A DNA stretch of 64,000 bases from Dehalococcoidia bacterium (GCA_965249215.1 CBDFLN010000002.1:305180-369179), one strand, 5' to 3'. Shown: positions 37,701 to 46,295, counted from the stretch's first letter. Translations and numbers: made by a program. Notes: a model not told the origin generated them from the sequence alone.

Positions 37701-38211
37701 CGCCGGAGGCGTGAGAGGCTGCTACGCGGTAGACAGCGGGCTGCAGCCGAGGGCCATTAGCCCGGCGCAATTCATCGCGGCGGCGGAGTGCAGCCCCGAC
37801 ACTCCTGCCCAGCCGTTGCCGGCCGACACGAATGAGCGGGTGATGTGTGTGTTCGAGGCATTCAGGACGGACTTCCAGCGACGGTTGGGCAGGGCTAGAA
37901 GGCCGCGGGACACAAGGGCCCGCCGCTACATCTCACGACACCTCGGCATCGCTATGCGTGAGGCCCGTGAAGACCCGGGATTGGTGAGCCGGATTGAGGT
38001 GCTGAGGCAGATATTCCTGGGCGAGGTGTCGCCACCGGTCGAAAGCGCCCTTGGCGAGATCAGGAATCTCAGGCTAGAGGGCTCCGTGCTTCTAACCCGG
38101 CTTGAGGCCCTCCGGGAGCGGTACCGCCTCAACCCGCCGGACGACGCCGACCGCTCCCAGACCGGGGAGCCGCAGGTTATTCGTATCGTCTGTTCTGATG
38201 GGCTGGTGTGA
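34708..38211 (+). CDS. Phospholipase-D (HKD) nuclease domain fused to an SNF2/SF2 helicase
   Basis: HKD motif HAKAYLCW...VVGSSNLT. Helicase motifs GLGKTFIG, LVDEAHNFRN, LLSATPQN and QRFGRVDRIG. GTG start. Confidence 0.85.
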   Translation: MPPSNILHATTDPTLLTRLKEMLGSSARADIAVGYFFISGFEAVADDLARLGKVRILVGRTDRQVLEEVAVGLQQHQALQARLDADALVRRSQRSEIAQETVARVAEGVAVLPQEKATEAAVSKLRDMVALGKVEVRAYLRSPLHAKAYLCWYDNHAEPGAAVVGSSNLTLAGFTGNTELNVRVTGDGEMAALRDWFDDLWGDSEDIGAALVTELERSWALAKTPPYHVYLKALYELYYTDVGGGQLTVPPRDRELANFQVDAVRRGLTMIETHGGCYVGDVVGLGKTFIGAELLRQLRMTYPSDGPPLILCPARLKPMWEVFNERFALGAEVVSHSMIAAPAEAEFDEELGRYVGAEPSSHGIVLEQTYRNRGPVLVDEAHNFRNINQRSRGLIDYLESGEHKLILLSATPQNLGPMDIYRQLRLFLHDTEHGINIEPISLESYFNNAQRWLAYQVEDENYKAEYRSWEDSRSAAPPPLPPAKPTVPKADITEVLTPVFIRRRRKDIRDQYGDTALVDGKPVRFPEPVLDNVEYRLDKVYAKAGSLEELQTLLGEHQAVRYRATEYISEEAKKKPEYRDLFRAGDRIARLMGVLLLKRLESSIEAFRSTLNSLISSNRNFREALASGFVPIGSTATRLLAGQSFDVDDLLEVLKQEEQRRQETGSARDKLVHTVADFRAEEWMQDLDADYDVLKDIQGRVKDIGPEDDDKLRALRGFLARPEVKAGKVLIFSEAETTVEYLYRELNPKGEQAEIARITGNTSHDAERIVQRFSPTWNLKEREAMPGPEIRVLLATDIVSEGQNLQDCACVLNYDLHWNPVRLIQRFGRVDRIGTEHEVINLHNMWPDVEVDAELTLTDRLHRRIQSFHDLIGLDSKLLSDAERLNANAMYRIYEGKTLPEMDDGLDEVAANQRAITLLQRIQDEDPELWQTITRLPDGIRSALQARTEQPSAPNDQYAQGVFAVEGAQAPLMSPSAMASVISPFDDPKQGETLVLMSAGGVRGCYAVDSGLQPRAISPAQFIAAAECSPDTPAQPLPADTNERVMCVFEAFRTDFQRRLGRARRPRDTRARRYISRHLGIAMREAREDPGLVSRIEVLRQIFLGEVSPPVESALGEIRNLRLEGSVLLTRLEALRERYRLNPPDDADRSQTGEPQVIRIVCSDGLV

Positions 38212-38396
38212 AAGCCTGAGACTATAGGGTTTCGGCATACATTGCCAGCCACATCCTAAAGATCGTCCGTTCCGCCTCGTTGCGGCGACAGTTGATGCTA
38301 GAATGTCCCAGTTTCTTTGCTGGCGGTGAGCTACGTGGCCGTTGAAACAGCTCCCACCGGCATCAGTCAACCACTCTGCGCAGGAGGATTGGTCTA

Positions 38397-40145
38397 ATGT
38401 ACCACCCTGGTGGAACAATCAAAGAGGTGCTGCGGTGCATCGAAAAAAATGAATACGTACTCCCGGCGATCCAGAGGGAGTTCGTCTGGGGTCCCGACAA
38501 AATCTGCGCATTATTCGACAGCTTGATGCAAGGATATCCGTTTGGAGAGTTTCTGTTCTGGAATATTGATGCGGGACATTCTGCGGAGTACAAGTATTAT
38601 GGACTTGTCGTTGATTATCACCAACGGGACGACCCTCATTGTCCCGAGGCCCATATCATGCCGGGAAGGCCGATCACGGCTGTGCTCGACGGTCAGCAAC
38701 GTTTGACTGCTTTTAATATTGGCCTACGCGGTTCAATGGCTGTCAAGCGGCCCTATAAGCGATGGAATAGCCCTGATGCGTTTCCTAGGCGGGTTCTAGC
38801 GCTGGATTTACTGGCGTCGAATGAACCGGATGAGGAAGGCAATCGCTACATTTTCGAGTTCATTGAGGAAGACAGGATTGGACACAAGAATGAACGGCTG
38901 TGGTTCAAAGTTTCGGACATCCTAACGATGCAATCTGGGCCACCCATGCTCAAGTGGTTGACTGAACACAAGCTTGGCGACACGGAATTGAATCTTGCTT
39001 TTGAAAGGCTCGATCGATTGTATCAGGCTGTGCACAACGACCAAACGGTCTGCTACTACGAAGAGAAGAACCAAGACATTGAACACGTACTCAACATATT
39101 CATTCGGCGCAATAGCGGCGGAACGGTTCTCTCTTACTCGGACCTCCTGCTCAGCATAGCCACGTCCCAATGGGAAGAACTGGATGCTCGAAAAGAGGTC
39201 CACCAATTAGTAGACGACCTGAATCGCATCGGGCCAGGTCTTGGCCTAACTAAAGACTTCGTATTGAAAGCCGGCCTGATGCTAACAGACATAGCAAGCG
39301 TCGGATTTCAAGTCCGGAACTTCACCCGGGCGAATATGGCAGTCCTAGAAAAGAATTGGTCCCAGATTAGCTCCGCTTTGATCGAGACGGTCCAATTGGT
39401 AGCGGCGTTCGGGTTTGATAGCAACAGCATCCGAGCCAATAGCGCTCTGTTGCCTATCGCGTACTACATCTACCAACTGGGAGCTCCCTCGGATTTTGAT
39501 GTCCACAGCAGATTTCAAGAGGACCGTCGAGCAATTCGAGGTTGGCTGATACGCTCCATCTTGAAGGCGTCAGGAATTTGGGGAAGTGGGCTGGACACTT
39601 TGCTCACTGCGCTCCGTGACGTTATTCGCAGCACTAACAACGGCCATTTCCCAGCGGTGGAAATGAGACAAGTCATGCACCTACGAGGGAAGGACTTAGA
39701 TTTTTCAAAGGAGGAATTCGAGGACCTTGCCGATATGGCCATCAACGACCGGCGGGTTTTCGCTTTACTGACGCTCGTGTTGCCTTCTATAGACGTACGG
39801 ACCCATCATTTTCATATCGACCACATTTTCCCCAAGAGCCGCTTTACAAAGGCCCAACTTCGCAACGCCGGAGTGGCCGACGAACACCAGGATGCCTATA
39901 GCGACCGCGCCAATCGAATAAGCAATTTGCAACTACTTGAAGGGATTCCAAATGTTGAGAAACGGGCCAAGATGCCGACAGAATGGATGGATGAGCACTT
40001 TACAGACGAACAAGCCCGGCAGCATTACAGCGAATTGTATCTCCTAGGAGAGGTTCCGAAGGAAATAACCAAGTTCATGGACTTTTATGAAGTGCGGAGA
40101 GAGCGGTTACAAGAAAAAATTGGTCAGCTAGTAAATTCCGCTTGA
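38397..40145 (+). CDS. GmrSD-like DUF262/DUF1524 protein (candidate type IV modification-dependent restriction enzyme)
   Basis: DUF262 motifs IQREFVWG and DGQQRLTA. C-terminal His-Me/DUF1524 motif HIDHIFPKS..N.QLL. It is visibly AT-richer than the flanks. Confidence 0.85.
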   Translation: MYHPGGTIKEVLRCIEKNEYVLPAIQREFVWGPDKICALFDSLMQGYPFGEFLFWNIDAGHSAEYKYYGLVVDYHQRDDPHCPEAHIMPGRPITAVLDGQQRLTAFNIGLRGSMAVKRPYKRWNSPDAFPRRVLALDLLASNEPDEEGNRYIFEFIEEDRIGHKNERLWFKVSDILTMQSGPPMLKWLTEHKLGDTELNLAFERLDRLYQAVHNDQTVCYYEEKNQDIEHVLNIFIRRNSGGTVLSYSDLLLSIATSQWEELDARKEVHQLVDDLNRIGPGLGLTKDFVLKAGLMLTDIASVGFQVRNFTRANMAVLEKNWSQISSALIETVQLVAAFGFDSNSIRANSALLPIAYYIYQLGAPSDFDVHSRFQEDRRAIRGWLIRSILKASGIWGSGLDTLLTALRDVIRSTNNGHFPAVEMRQVMHLRGKDLDFSKEEFEDLADMAINDRRVFALLTLVLPSIDVRTHHFHIDHIFPKSRFTKAQLRNAGVADEHQDAYSDRANRISNLQLLEGIPNVEKRAKMPTEWMDEHFTDEQARQHYSELYLLGEVPKEITKFMDFYEVRRERLQEKIGQLVNSA

Positions 40146-40165
40146 TGGAGAAGTGTGTAGGCCGT

Positions 40166-40214
40166 TGACCTTACCCCCGAAAACAGTAGCAGTGGCAAAG
40201 AGAGTCCTCCGGGT
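40166..40214 (+). repeat. Orphan copy of the IS3-family left end (solo IRL)
   Basis: 49 bp, 48/49 identical to 27309-27357, in the same orientation. Similarity stops abruptly after ..cctccgggt. Confidence 0.85.
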
Positions 40215-40321
40215 CAACTACCCGCAACACTCTCACTCAGGCTCGTACAGAAAATGGGGCAAGATCATTTCACATTACACAGACTTGCCAAGCTATCGTC
40301 CGTTCCCGTACTCTCTACTGA

Positions 40322-40663
40322 ATGACTGACCCATCTAGAGATGCCCAAGCCCCGACCGTCGTAACTGTCTATCCAATGACAGGTCGGCAACTCTTCTTCA
40401 GGGTTCCTCACGTCGTCTGCGAGGAGTGCGACCTCACCGTTCGACTCGTCCAGCGCGTTGCTTCTGACCTCCCCCATGTCGAAATTCGCATCAAGCCCTG
40501 GTTCAACCATCTCTTCGACGCCCTGCGCCGTGGAGGTTGGCACCCGCCCATCGTGACGATCAACGGAAGGGTCAGCACCCAGGGTGTCATCCCCGATGAA
40601 GACAGGCTCCGCCGCGCCCTCAGTCACAATGCCCCCACCGCCGTCGCCAGCGCCGATACCTAA
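40322..40663 (+). CDS. Hypothetical protein, possibly thioredoxin/glutaredoxin-like fold
   Basis: 113-aa ORF with VTVY..CEEC....PPIVTINGR.. pattern. Weak call. Confidence 0.35.
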   Translation: MTDPSRDAQAPTVVTVYPMTGRQLFFRVPHVVCEECDLTVRLVQRVASDLPHVEIRIKPWFNHLFDALRRGGWHPPIVTINGRVSTQGVIPDEDRLRRALSHNAPTAVASADT

Positions 40664-41195
40664 CCATCTTGCCTCCGCCACCCCCTTCGGAGGCTCACGC
40701 AAAGGAATACGGAAAGATGGCCGCCAATTGCGGGGTAGGCCCGAGGCAAAGCCCTATCCCGTTGGCCCCGCATCAGCCAACGCTGGGGAGATAGGGTATT
40801 CCGCTGAGGATTGGGCCACCCCTGGCAAGGCAGGGGCCTTAAATCGCCTCTCCGGGCCTGGTGTTTCAGCCGAAACCGGGATTTCACGCCTGACCACGCC
40901 TGAGACGCTTGAATCACGTCGCGGCAGCAGGGCCGCAAAATGGTAAACTAAAGGGGTTGGATGGAGATGGGAGGCGGTAAAGCTAAGTTTCGCTCCCGCG
41001 CCACGCTAAGGCTATGCCGGGCGGAACCGGGTATCGACCCGGCACCCGTTCTCGTTCCCGCGAGCTTGCCCTTCTCACAAGACAACCCCGCCGTCAACGG
41101 TTCGTCCAATCCCGGACCAAGTAACCAACTCTCGCCGCCGTTATCACCACCGGTTCCGTTTGCTTCTAGCGTATGCCCTATGTGAAAGAGGAACT

Positions 41196-41504
41196 ATGAC
41201 AACTAATGACTCTGGCAAGCTGAATATGGGAGGGGTAAGTGCTATTAAGGAAATTACTGCACTCCCACCCAACGAGTGGACGCCGAGGCAGAGGGACCGT
41301 CTAGCCGCCTGCCTAACGGCGCTTGCCCACCAACCTAGCAGGTGGCACTCGTATCAAGATTGGGGGCCTGGCGGTCCTGTCAAGTTTCTAGGGCAGCGGG
41401 GCATAGAGTTTTCACCCGTCCCTAATCCTCGGCCATTGAGCCGGTCTTACTATAATGGCTGCGGCTGCAAAGAATCGCACTGGCGGTTGATCGGCACAGT
41501 CTAA
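41196..41504 (+). CDS. Hypothetical protein
   Basis: 102-aa ORF with an AGAGGAA RBS. It converges on, and overlaps, a minus-strand ORF, so both cannot be real. Confidence 0.3.
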   Translation: MTTNDSGKLNMGGVSAIKEITALPPNEWTPRQRDRLAACLTALAHQPSRWHSYQDWGPGGPVKFLGQRGIEFSPVPNPRPLSRSYYNGCGCKESHWRLIGTV

Positions 41505-41661
41505 ATTGCGATACGCTAGAAGCAAACGAAACCTCACCACCACAAGCTCCAGGGACAGTTGAGCCAAGTAAGCCAGGGCCATGAAGATCAACAGGGCTTC
41601 GGAGACGAGAATTCCTACCCCGGTTATCACCGCCAAGACATTCCGCAGCAGGCCCATTTCG

Positions 41662-41850
41662 TCACACTTTCCCGCCGCCGTAAACGAGCTTCCACATTCG
41701 CAGGGCAAACCGGGTAATATCCTCTACGCCGTCAGCGTCCGCCTCGCAACTGCATTGGGTGCACCTGCACAGGGACGCCAAGCAGTCAACGGAATCTCCG
41801 CAGCGGCAACGGTCGCAATGGGTTATGACGTCTTCGGTGTTGGTGGTCAT
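41662..41850 (-). CDS. Small Cys-rich protein downstream of the integrase
   Basis: 62 aa with 8 Cys (HCDRCRCG..CLASLCRCTQCSC). GGAG lies 7 nt before the ATG. It starts 16 nt after the int stop. Confidence 0.4.
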   Translation of the reverse strand: MTTNTEDVITHCDRCRCGDSVDCLASLCRCTQCSCEADADGVEDITRFALRMWKLVYGGGKV

Positions 41851-41866
41851 TTCTCTACTCCACTCC

Positions 41867-43054
41867 TTATCCGTTCAGACCCAAATAGTCCGCCCACTCC
41901 TCCATCAAGGTCCTGCGCTTCTCGAAATAGTCTGTGCGCCGGTAGGCAAGCTCCGTTGCCGAACCTTCGACGTGGGCTAAGGCGTGTTCGGCTATCTCCC
42001 TCGGAACGTCGGAACATTCAGCGGCCCAATCCCGGAAGCTGCTGCGAAAGCCATGCGGAACGCAGCCGATTCCCCTTCTCTTGAGCAACCTGCTAAGGGT
42101 TTCAGTTGAGATAGGCTTGCCAGATTTTGAAGAAGGGAACACCAGCCCGCTATCATCGCTCCACTGTCGCGCCTTCTCCAACACTCCCAACGCCGCCTGG
42201 GTTAATGGAATCCGATGCTCACGACGGTTTTTTTTCATTCTGGCCGCAGGGATCGTCCAGGTTGCCGCTTCGAGGTCCATTTCGTCCCACCGCGCCCCTC
42301 TCGCCTCTCCCGACCGGGTTACGGTCAGGGCTAGAAACTCCAAACATAGCTTTGTGGTAGGCCAAGCATCAGTACCCCGGATTACCACGATGGCTGCGCC
42401 TACCTCAGCGAATGGAAGGGCCTTCCGATGCTCGGTTCGTTGAGTTTGCCGAGGCAAGGCCTTGACTATCGCTTTTGACGCTGGGTTGTCTGTCCTATGC
42501 CCTTGGGCAATGGCCCATTCCATAATCACGCCCATGCGTTCTCGGAGTTTTCGGCCAGTTGCAGCTTTCTTAGTCCATAGCGGCTCAACCACGGCTAAGA
42601 CATCAGCCGTAGTAATGTCCGCTATTGGTTTTGCACCAAGGGACGGGAGTGCGTAACCAAGTACCGTTCGCCAATCCCGCTCCGTCTTCTTGTCCCCCCA
42701 ACCTTTCGAGCGAGACTCAATGGCATCATCAACCGCCTGGGCGAAAGTCAACTGGTGGACGACCGACTTACGAGGGTCCACGCCTTCGAGTACAGACCGG
42801 GCGTTAACCCTGGCCCGTTCTCGCGCCGTGGCCAAGGATATTAGGTCAACAGGCCCTAAGCCAACATTAGTAGCTTTCCCGTCGATCCTCAACTCCTGTG
42901 CCCAATTGCGCCCAATTCTCCCGTTGGCCGTGCGCCATACCCGGAGATACAGGCCGTAGGAACCCCGACCGTCACCGTAGCGGCCTGGGGTGGATATGGT
43001 GCGGACAAAAGCAGCAGTAAGAATTTTCAACCGATTTGTTTCCCTATCTCGCAC
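41867..43054 (-). CDS. int: P4-type tyrosine integrase (DUF4102 arm-binding domain plus catalytic domain)
   Basis: N-terminal GRYGDGRGSYGLYLRV... and C-terminal HGFRSSFRDWAAE / ALAHVEG..AYRRTDYFEKRR motifs. Confidence 0.9.
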   Translation of the reverse strand: MRDRETNRLKILTAAFVRTISTPGRYGDGRGSYGLYLRVWRTANGRIGRNWAQELRIDGKATNVGLGPVDLISLATARERARVNARSVLEGVDPRKSVVHQLTFAQAVDDAIESRSKGWGDKKTERDWRTVLGYALPSLGAKPIADITTADVLAVVEPLWTKKAATGRKLRERMGVIMEWAIAQGHRTDNPASKAIVKALPRQTQRTEHRKALPFAEVGAAIVVIRGTDAWPTTKLCLEFLALTVTRSGEARGARWDEMDLEAATWTIPAARMKKNRREHRIPLTQAALGVLEKARQWSDDSGLVFPSSKSGKPISTETLSRLLKRRGIGCVPHGFRSSFRDWAAECSDVPREIAEHALAHVEGSATELAYRRTDYFEKRRTLMEEWADYLGLNG

Positions 43055-43249
43055 CTATGCTGACTCCTTGTATGGGTATATCAGTGATAATATATGATAC
43101 TCTATTAACTTGTCAAGACACTAAAAAATGAGCCCCATTGGGCCGGTGGACAGGCGGAGTTAGCTTCACGTTAAGCTGAATAGGCTGTGATGTGAGACGC
43201 TATTCCACTGATAAGAAACCTGTTGACACGTCCTATCTGAACAAAGTGT

Positions 43250-46084
43250 TCAACTGTCAGCTCCAACGCCGGCGCCAACCCACTGGGCCGCCAGGGCCCC
43301 CACTGTAGACAGATTACACGGTTTCATCGTACACGGCGGTATAGACTTCAGGAACGACTGCCCATACGACCGCCCCGTGATTCTTTGGTCCAATACCACG
43401 ATGGTCCCCTTGTCCTCTTTGTTGCGAATCAGCCGGCCGATGCCCTGCCGGAAGCGCAACACGGCCTGGGGAATCGAATACTGCTTGAACGGGTCCTCGT
43501 ACTGGTCCGACCTGGCCTTGACCACCGGGTCGGTGGGCACCTGAAAGGGAAGCCGGGTTAGCACCAGCGCCTGCAGGACTCCGTTGGGCAGGTCCACTCC
43601 CTCCCAGAAGCTCGCCGTGCCAAGGAGGACGCTGCGAGGATCGTGGGTGAACCGGGCGATGAGCTGCTGCGGCGGGCCGTCGATGCTCTGGGCCAGCACC
43701 TGGATTCCCTCCGCCTGCAGCGGCGCTCGAATCCGGTTGGCCACGGCCCGCAACGACGAGTACGAGGTGAACAACGCCATCGTCCTGCCGCCCAGTGATG
43801 TTCCCAGGTCAACCAGCACCCGGGCCAGGGCGTTCGCATAGCCGTCGGTTGTGGGCGTCGGCATGTCGCTGGGCATCAGCAACTGGGCCGCCTTCTGGTA
43901 GTCAAACGGAGATCCCACCAACAACTCGTCGCTGTCCTCGGGCAGTCCCGTCCTCCGCTTGAAGTAGGCGAAGTTCCCCTCGGTGCTGAGGGTTGCGCTG
44001 GTCATCACCACGCTCTCTTTCCGGTCATACAGCCCTTCGGCCAGCATGGGGCCAACGTCCAGCGGCGCGGCGTGAAACGAAGCGTCGCCGTTGGAGGTCT
44101 CCCGCGCTGCCCAGATTATCGTCTCGTCGTCGGGCGAGCCTACAATGGACCCCAGTTGGCGCCGCAACTCGTCAAGGCTGTCCAGGATGTTTCCCGCCTC
44201 CATCGCCAACGCAGGTTGGTCGCCGGCGGCCGGCAACGTTGTTGATTCCAGGAACCGCTGCAGCCGCGATAGCACCTGCGACGCCTGCAGCATCCGCACT
44301 TCCAGGTTTTCCCAGGCCAGTGCGATCCCCTGCCAGGTCTGCCTGTTCCTGACCTGGTGGTCTACCAGCACCTGGACCGGGCCGTCGGATGATTCAACCC
44401 GCTGGGCCTCCAGGAATCCCTCTCCCGATGCCCAGAGACGTGCCCACAGTTCCCTCAGCGTCGCGGCCCCGGTCTCGGCATCCGACACCGCCCGTTCGCC
44501 TTCCCGCCTGACCGCCGACGTCAAACCTTCGGCTCCCAACGCCATGCGCACTTGCATAGCCAGCCGCCCCTGCAGCTCCAGGGCCTCCTCCAGCCGGTCC
44601 CTCGTGACGCTGAACCCCAATTGCCGCGTCGCTTCGTCTTCCAGGTGGTGGGCCTCATCGACTATCAGGTAGCGGTAGTCGGGAATCAGGCCCCCGCCCC
44701 GGACCAGGTCGGACAGCAGCAAGGCGTGGTTCACCACCACGATGTGGGCCTGGTCCGCCCGCTCCCGAGCGCTGCGCAGGAAGCAGGGACCGCCGTCGCG
44801 CAATCCGGGGCACCACGCCTTCTCGCCGGCAGAGACCCGGGACCACACGAAGGCGTCCCGCCCCGACAGATTGATCTCCCCGCGGTCTCCGGTGACCGTG
44901 TCCTGCAGCCACACCGCCGTCTTGCTAAGAACGCGGGCATCCTCCACCGTCGGGTTCTCGCTCCTCGCCAGGTAGTTCCACCGGTGCAGGCACAGGTAGT
45001 TGTTCCTTCCCTTGAGCAGCGCCGCCTTTACCGCGCCCTCCTCCACCAGCCCGGCCTCTTCCAACACCTTTAGCAAGGCCGGTATGTCCTTTCGCATCAA
45101 CTGTTCCTGCAGATTAATGGTGTTGGTCGAAACCACCACCCTCTGTCCGTGGGCCACCGCGAACAGCACCGCCGGGAGCAGGTAGGCTATCGACTTGCCC
45201 ACGCCGGTGCCCCCTTCCACCGCCAGGTGCCGGCTGCGGAAGATCGCCCGGGTGACCCCCGACAACATTTCTTCTTGCTCCGGCCGGAGTTCGAACCCCG
45301 AGAAGCTGCTGGAGAAGGGGCCCTGCGCCCCCAGCAGATTGATAATCTTGTCCTCGCCAAGGTCTGCCTTGGAGCTGTCGGCCCGCCGCTTCTCCGGCCG
45401 GCCCAGCCTGGCCGCGAGGGCCTCGGTGTCCAGGCCGGTCAAACCTGCGGCCGCCGGCCCCTGGGGCAAACTGTGCTGTATGCCCGACAGCAGCGGGCTT
45501 ATGGACCACCGGCTCCGCATCGAAAGGTGCGTCAGATGGGCCAGCAGGCCGGGGTCCAACTGCTCCGCCCGGCGCAGCAATTTGACGAAGACCTGGTGCG
45601 TCGCGCTGGCGTCGGCCAACGCCCGGTGGTGGTTGCGGAGGTCCACCTTGAAGTAGTCCGACAAGTAGGCCAGTGAGTATTGCTGCACGTGGGGCAGTAG
45701 CGCGGACGCCAGGTCCCACGTGTCATAAGCCGGGTTCTGCAGTTGCAACCCGTGGGAGGAGAGAAAACCCAGGTCGAACTTTACGTTGTGGCCTATGACC
45801 GGATGGTGTTCCACGAAATCGGCCAATTCGCCGGCGATGGAACTGAAGAAGGGCGCCCTGCTCACCTGGCTGGGTTTGATGCCGGTCAGCCGTTGGATGA
45901 ACTCCGGAATGTTGCGACCGGGGTTGATCAGCGTCTGGAAGGTGTCCATTACCTGGTCGCCCTGGAACTTGACCGCGCCCACTTCGATGATGGTGTCCCG
46001 GCCCTGGTCCAGACCCGTGGTTTCCAGGTCAATGGACACGTGGACCGATTCAAATGGAGAGGTTGCGGAGATACCCAAAGTCAT
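43250..46084 (-). CDS. dinG: DinG-family helicase with N-terminal DnaQ-like 3'-5' exonuclease domain
   Basis: Exonuclease motif VSIDLETTGLD. Helicase motifs GTGVGKS and VDEAHHLED. 944 aa. Confidence 0.9.
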   Translation of the reverse strand: MTLGISATSPFESVHVSIDLETTGLDQGRDTIIEVGAVKFQGDQVMDTFQTLINPGRNIPEFIQRLTGIKPSQVSRAPFFSSIAGELADFVEHHPVIGHNVKFDLGFLSSHGLQLQNPAYDTWDLASALLPHVQQYSLAYLSDYFKVDLRNHHRALADASATHQVFVKLLRRAEQLDPGLLAHLTHLSMRSRWSISPLLSGIQHSLPQGPAAAGLTGLDTEALAARLGRPEKRRADSSKADLGEDKIINLLGAQGPFSSSFSGFELRPEQEEMLSGVTRAIFRSRHLAVEGGTGVGKSIAYLLPAVLFAVAHGQRVVVSTNTINLQEQLMRKDIPALLKVLEEAGLVEEGAVKAALLKGRNNYLCLHRWNYLARSENPTVEDARVLSKTAVWLQDTVTGDRGEINLSGRDAFVWSRVSAGEKAWCPGLRDGGPCFLRSARERADQAHIVVVNHALLLSDLVRGGGLIPDYRYLIVDEAHHLEDEATRQLGFSVTRDRLEEALELQGRLAMQVRMALGAEGLTSAVRREGERAVSDAETGAATLRELWARLWASGEGFLEAQRVESSDGPVQVLVDHQVRNRQTWQGIALAWENLEVRMLQASQVLSRLQRFLESTTLPAAGDQPALAMEAGNILDSLDELRRQLGSIVGSPDDETIIWAARETSNGDASFHAAPLDVGPMLAEGLYDRKESVVMTSATLSTEGNFAYFKRRTGLPEDSDELLVGSPFDYQKAAQLLMPSDMPTPTTDGYANALARVLVDLGTSLGGRTMALFTSYSSLRAVANRIRAPLQAEGIQVLAQSIDGPPQQLIARFTHDPRSVLLGTASFWEGVDLPNGVLQALVLTRLPFQVPTDPVVKARSDQYEDPFKQYSIPQAVLRFRQGIGRLIRNKEDKGTIVVLDQRITGRSYGQSFLKSIPPCTMKPCNLSTVGALAAQWVGAGVGADS

Positions 46085-46295
46085 CGCAGTTCAACCACCT
46101 GGGAATACTGAAGGCTCTTTCCCATTCATGGATGGGGTAAGGGCCCAATAGGCTTGCCGCAAAGACATTTCCAGGCTGCTCCCCTCATCCGCACTCGCCC
46201 CGGCCCGTCCGTCCTGGCAGGGGTTGCCGGCTTCTATGACGCCGCCCCCCTGCTGGTCCTTTCTCCACGGCCGGGACTTACACTTATGGGCCTGG

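Larger units (their letters stand above)
14880..43078. mobile_element. Integrative element of about 28 kb (P4-type int, AlpA, primase backbone, defence cargo); boundaries approximate
   Basis: It lies between the housekeeping genes ogg and dinG. The integrase is at the right end and the excisionase and primase at the left end. It contains two IS elements and has patchy GC. The only terminal direct repeat found is the 10-mer tgtatgggta (14880-14889 and 43069-43078). Confidence 0.55.

Noticed and set aside
43558-45719. Multiple 85-201 aa ORFs on both strands within dinG
   Set aside because: These are shadow ORFs. dinG carries all the expected exonuclease and helicase motifs in its own frame.
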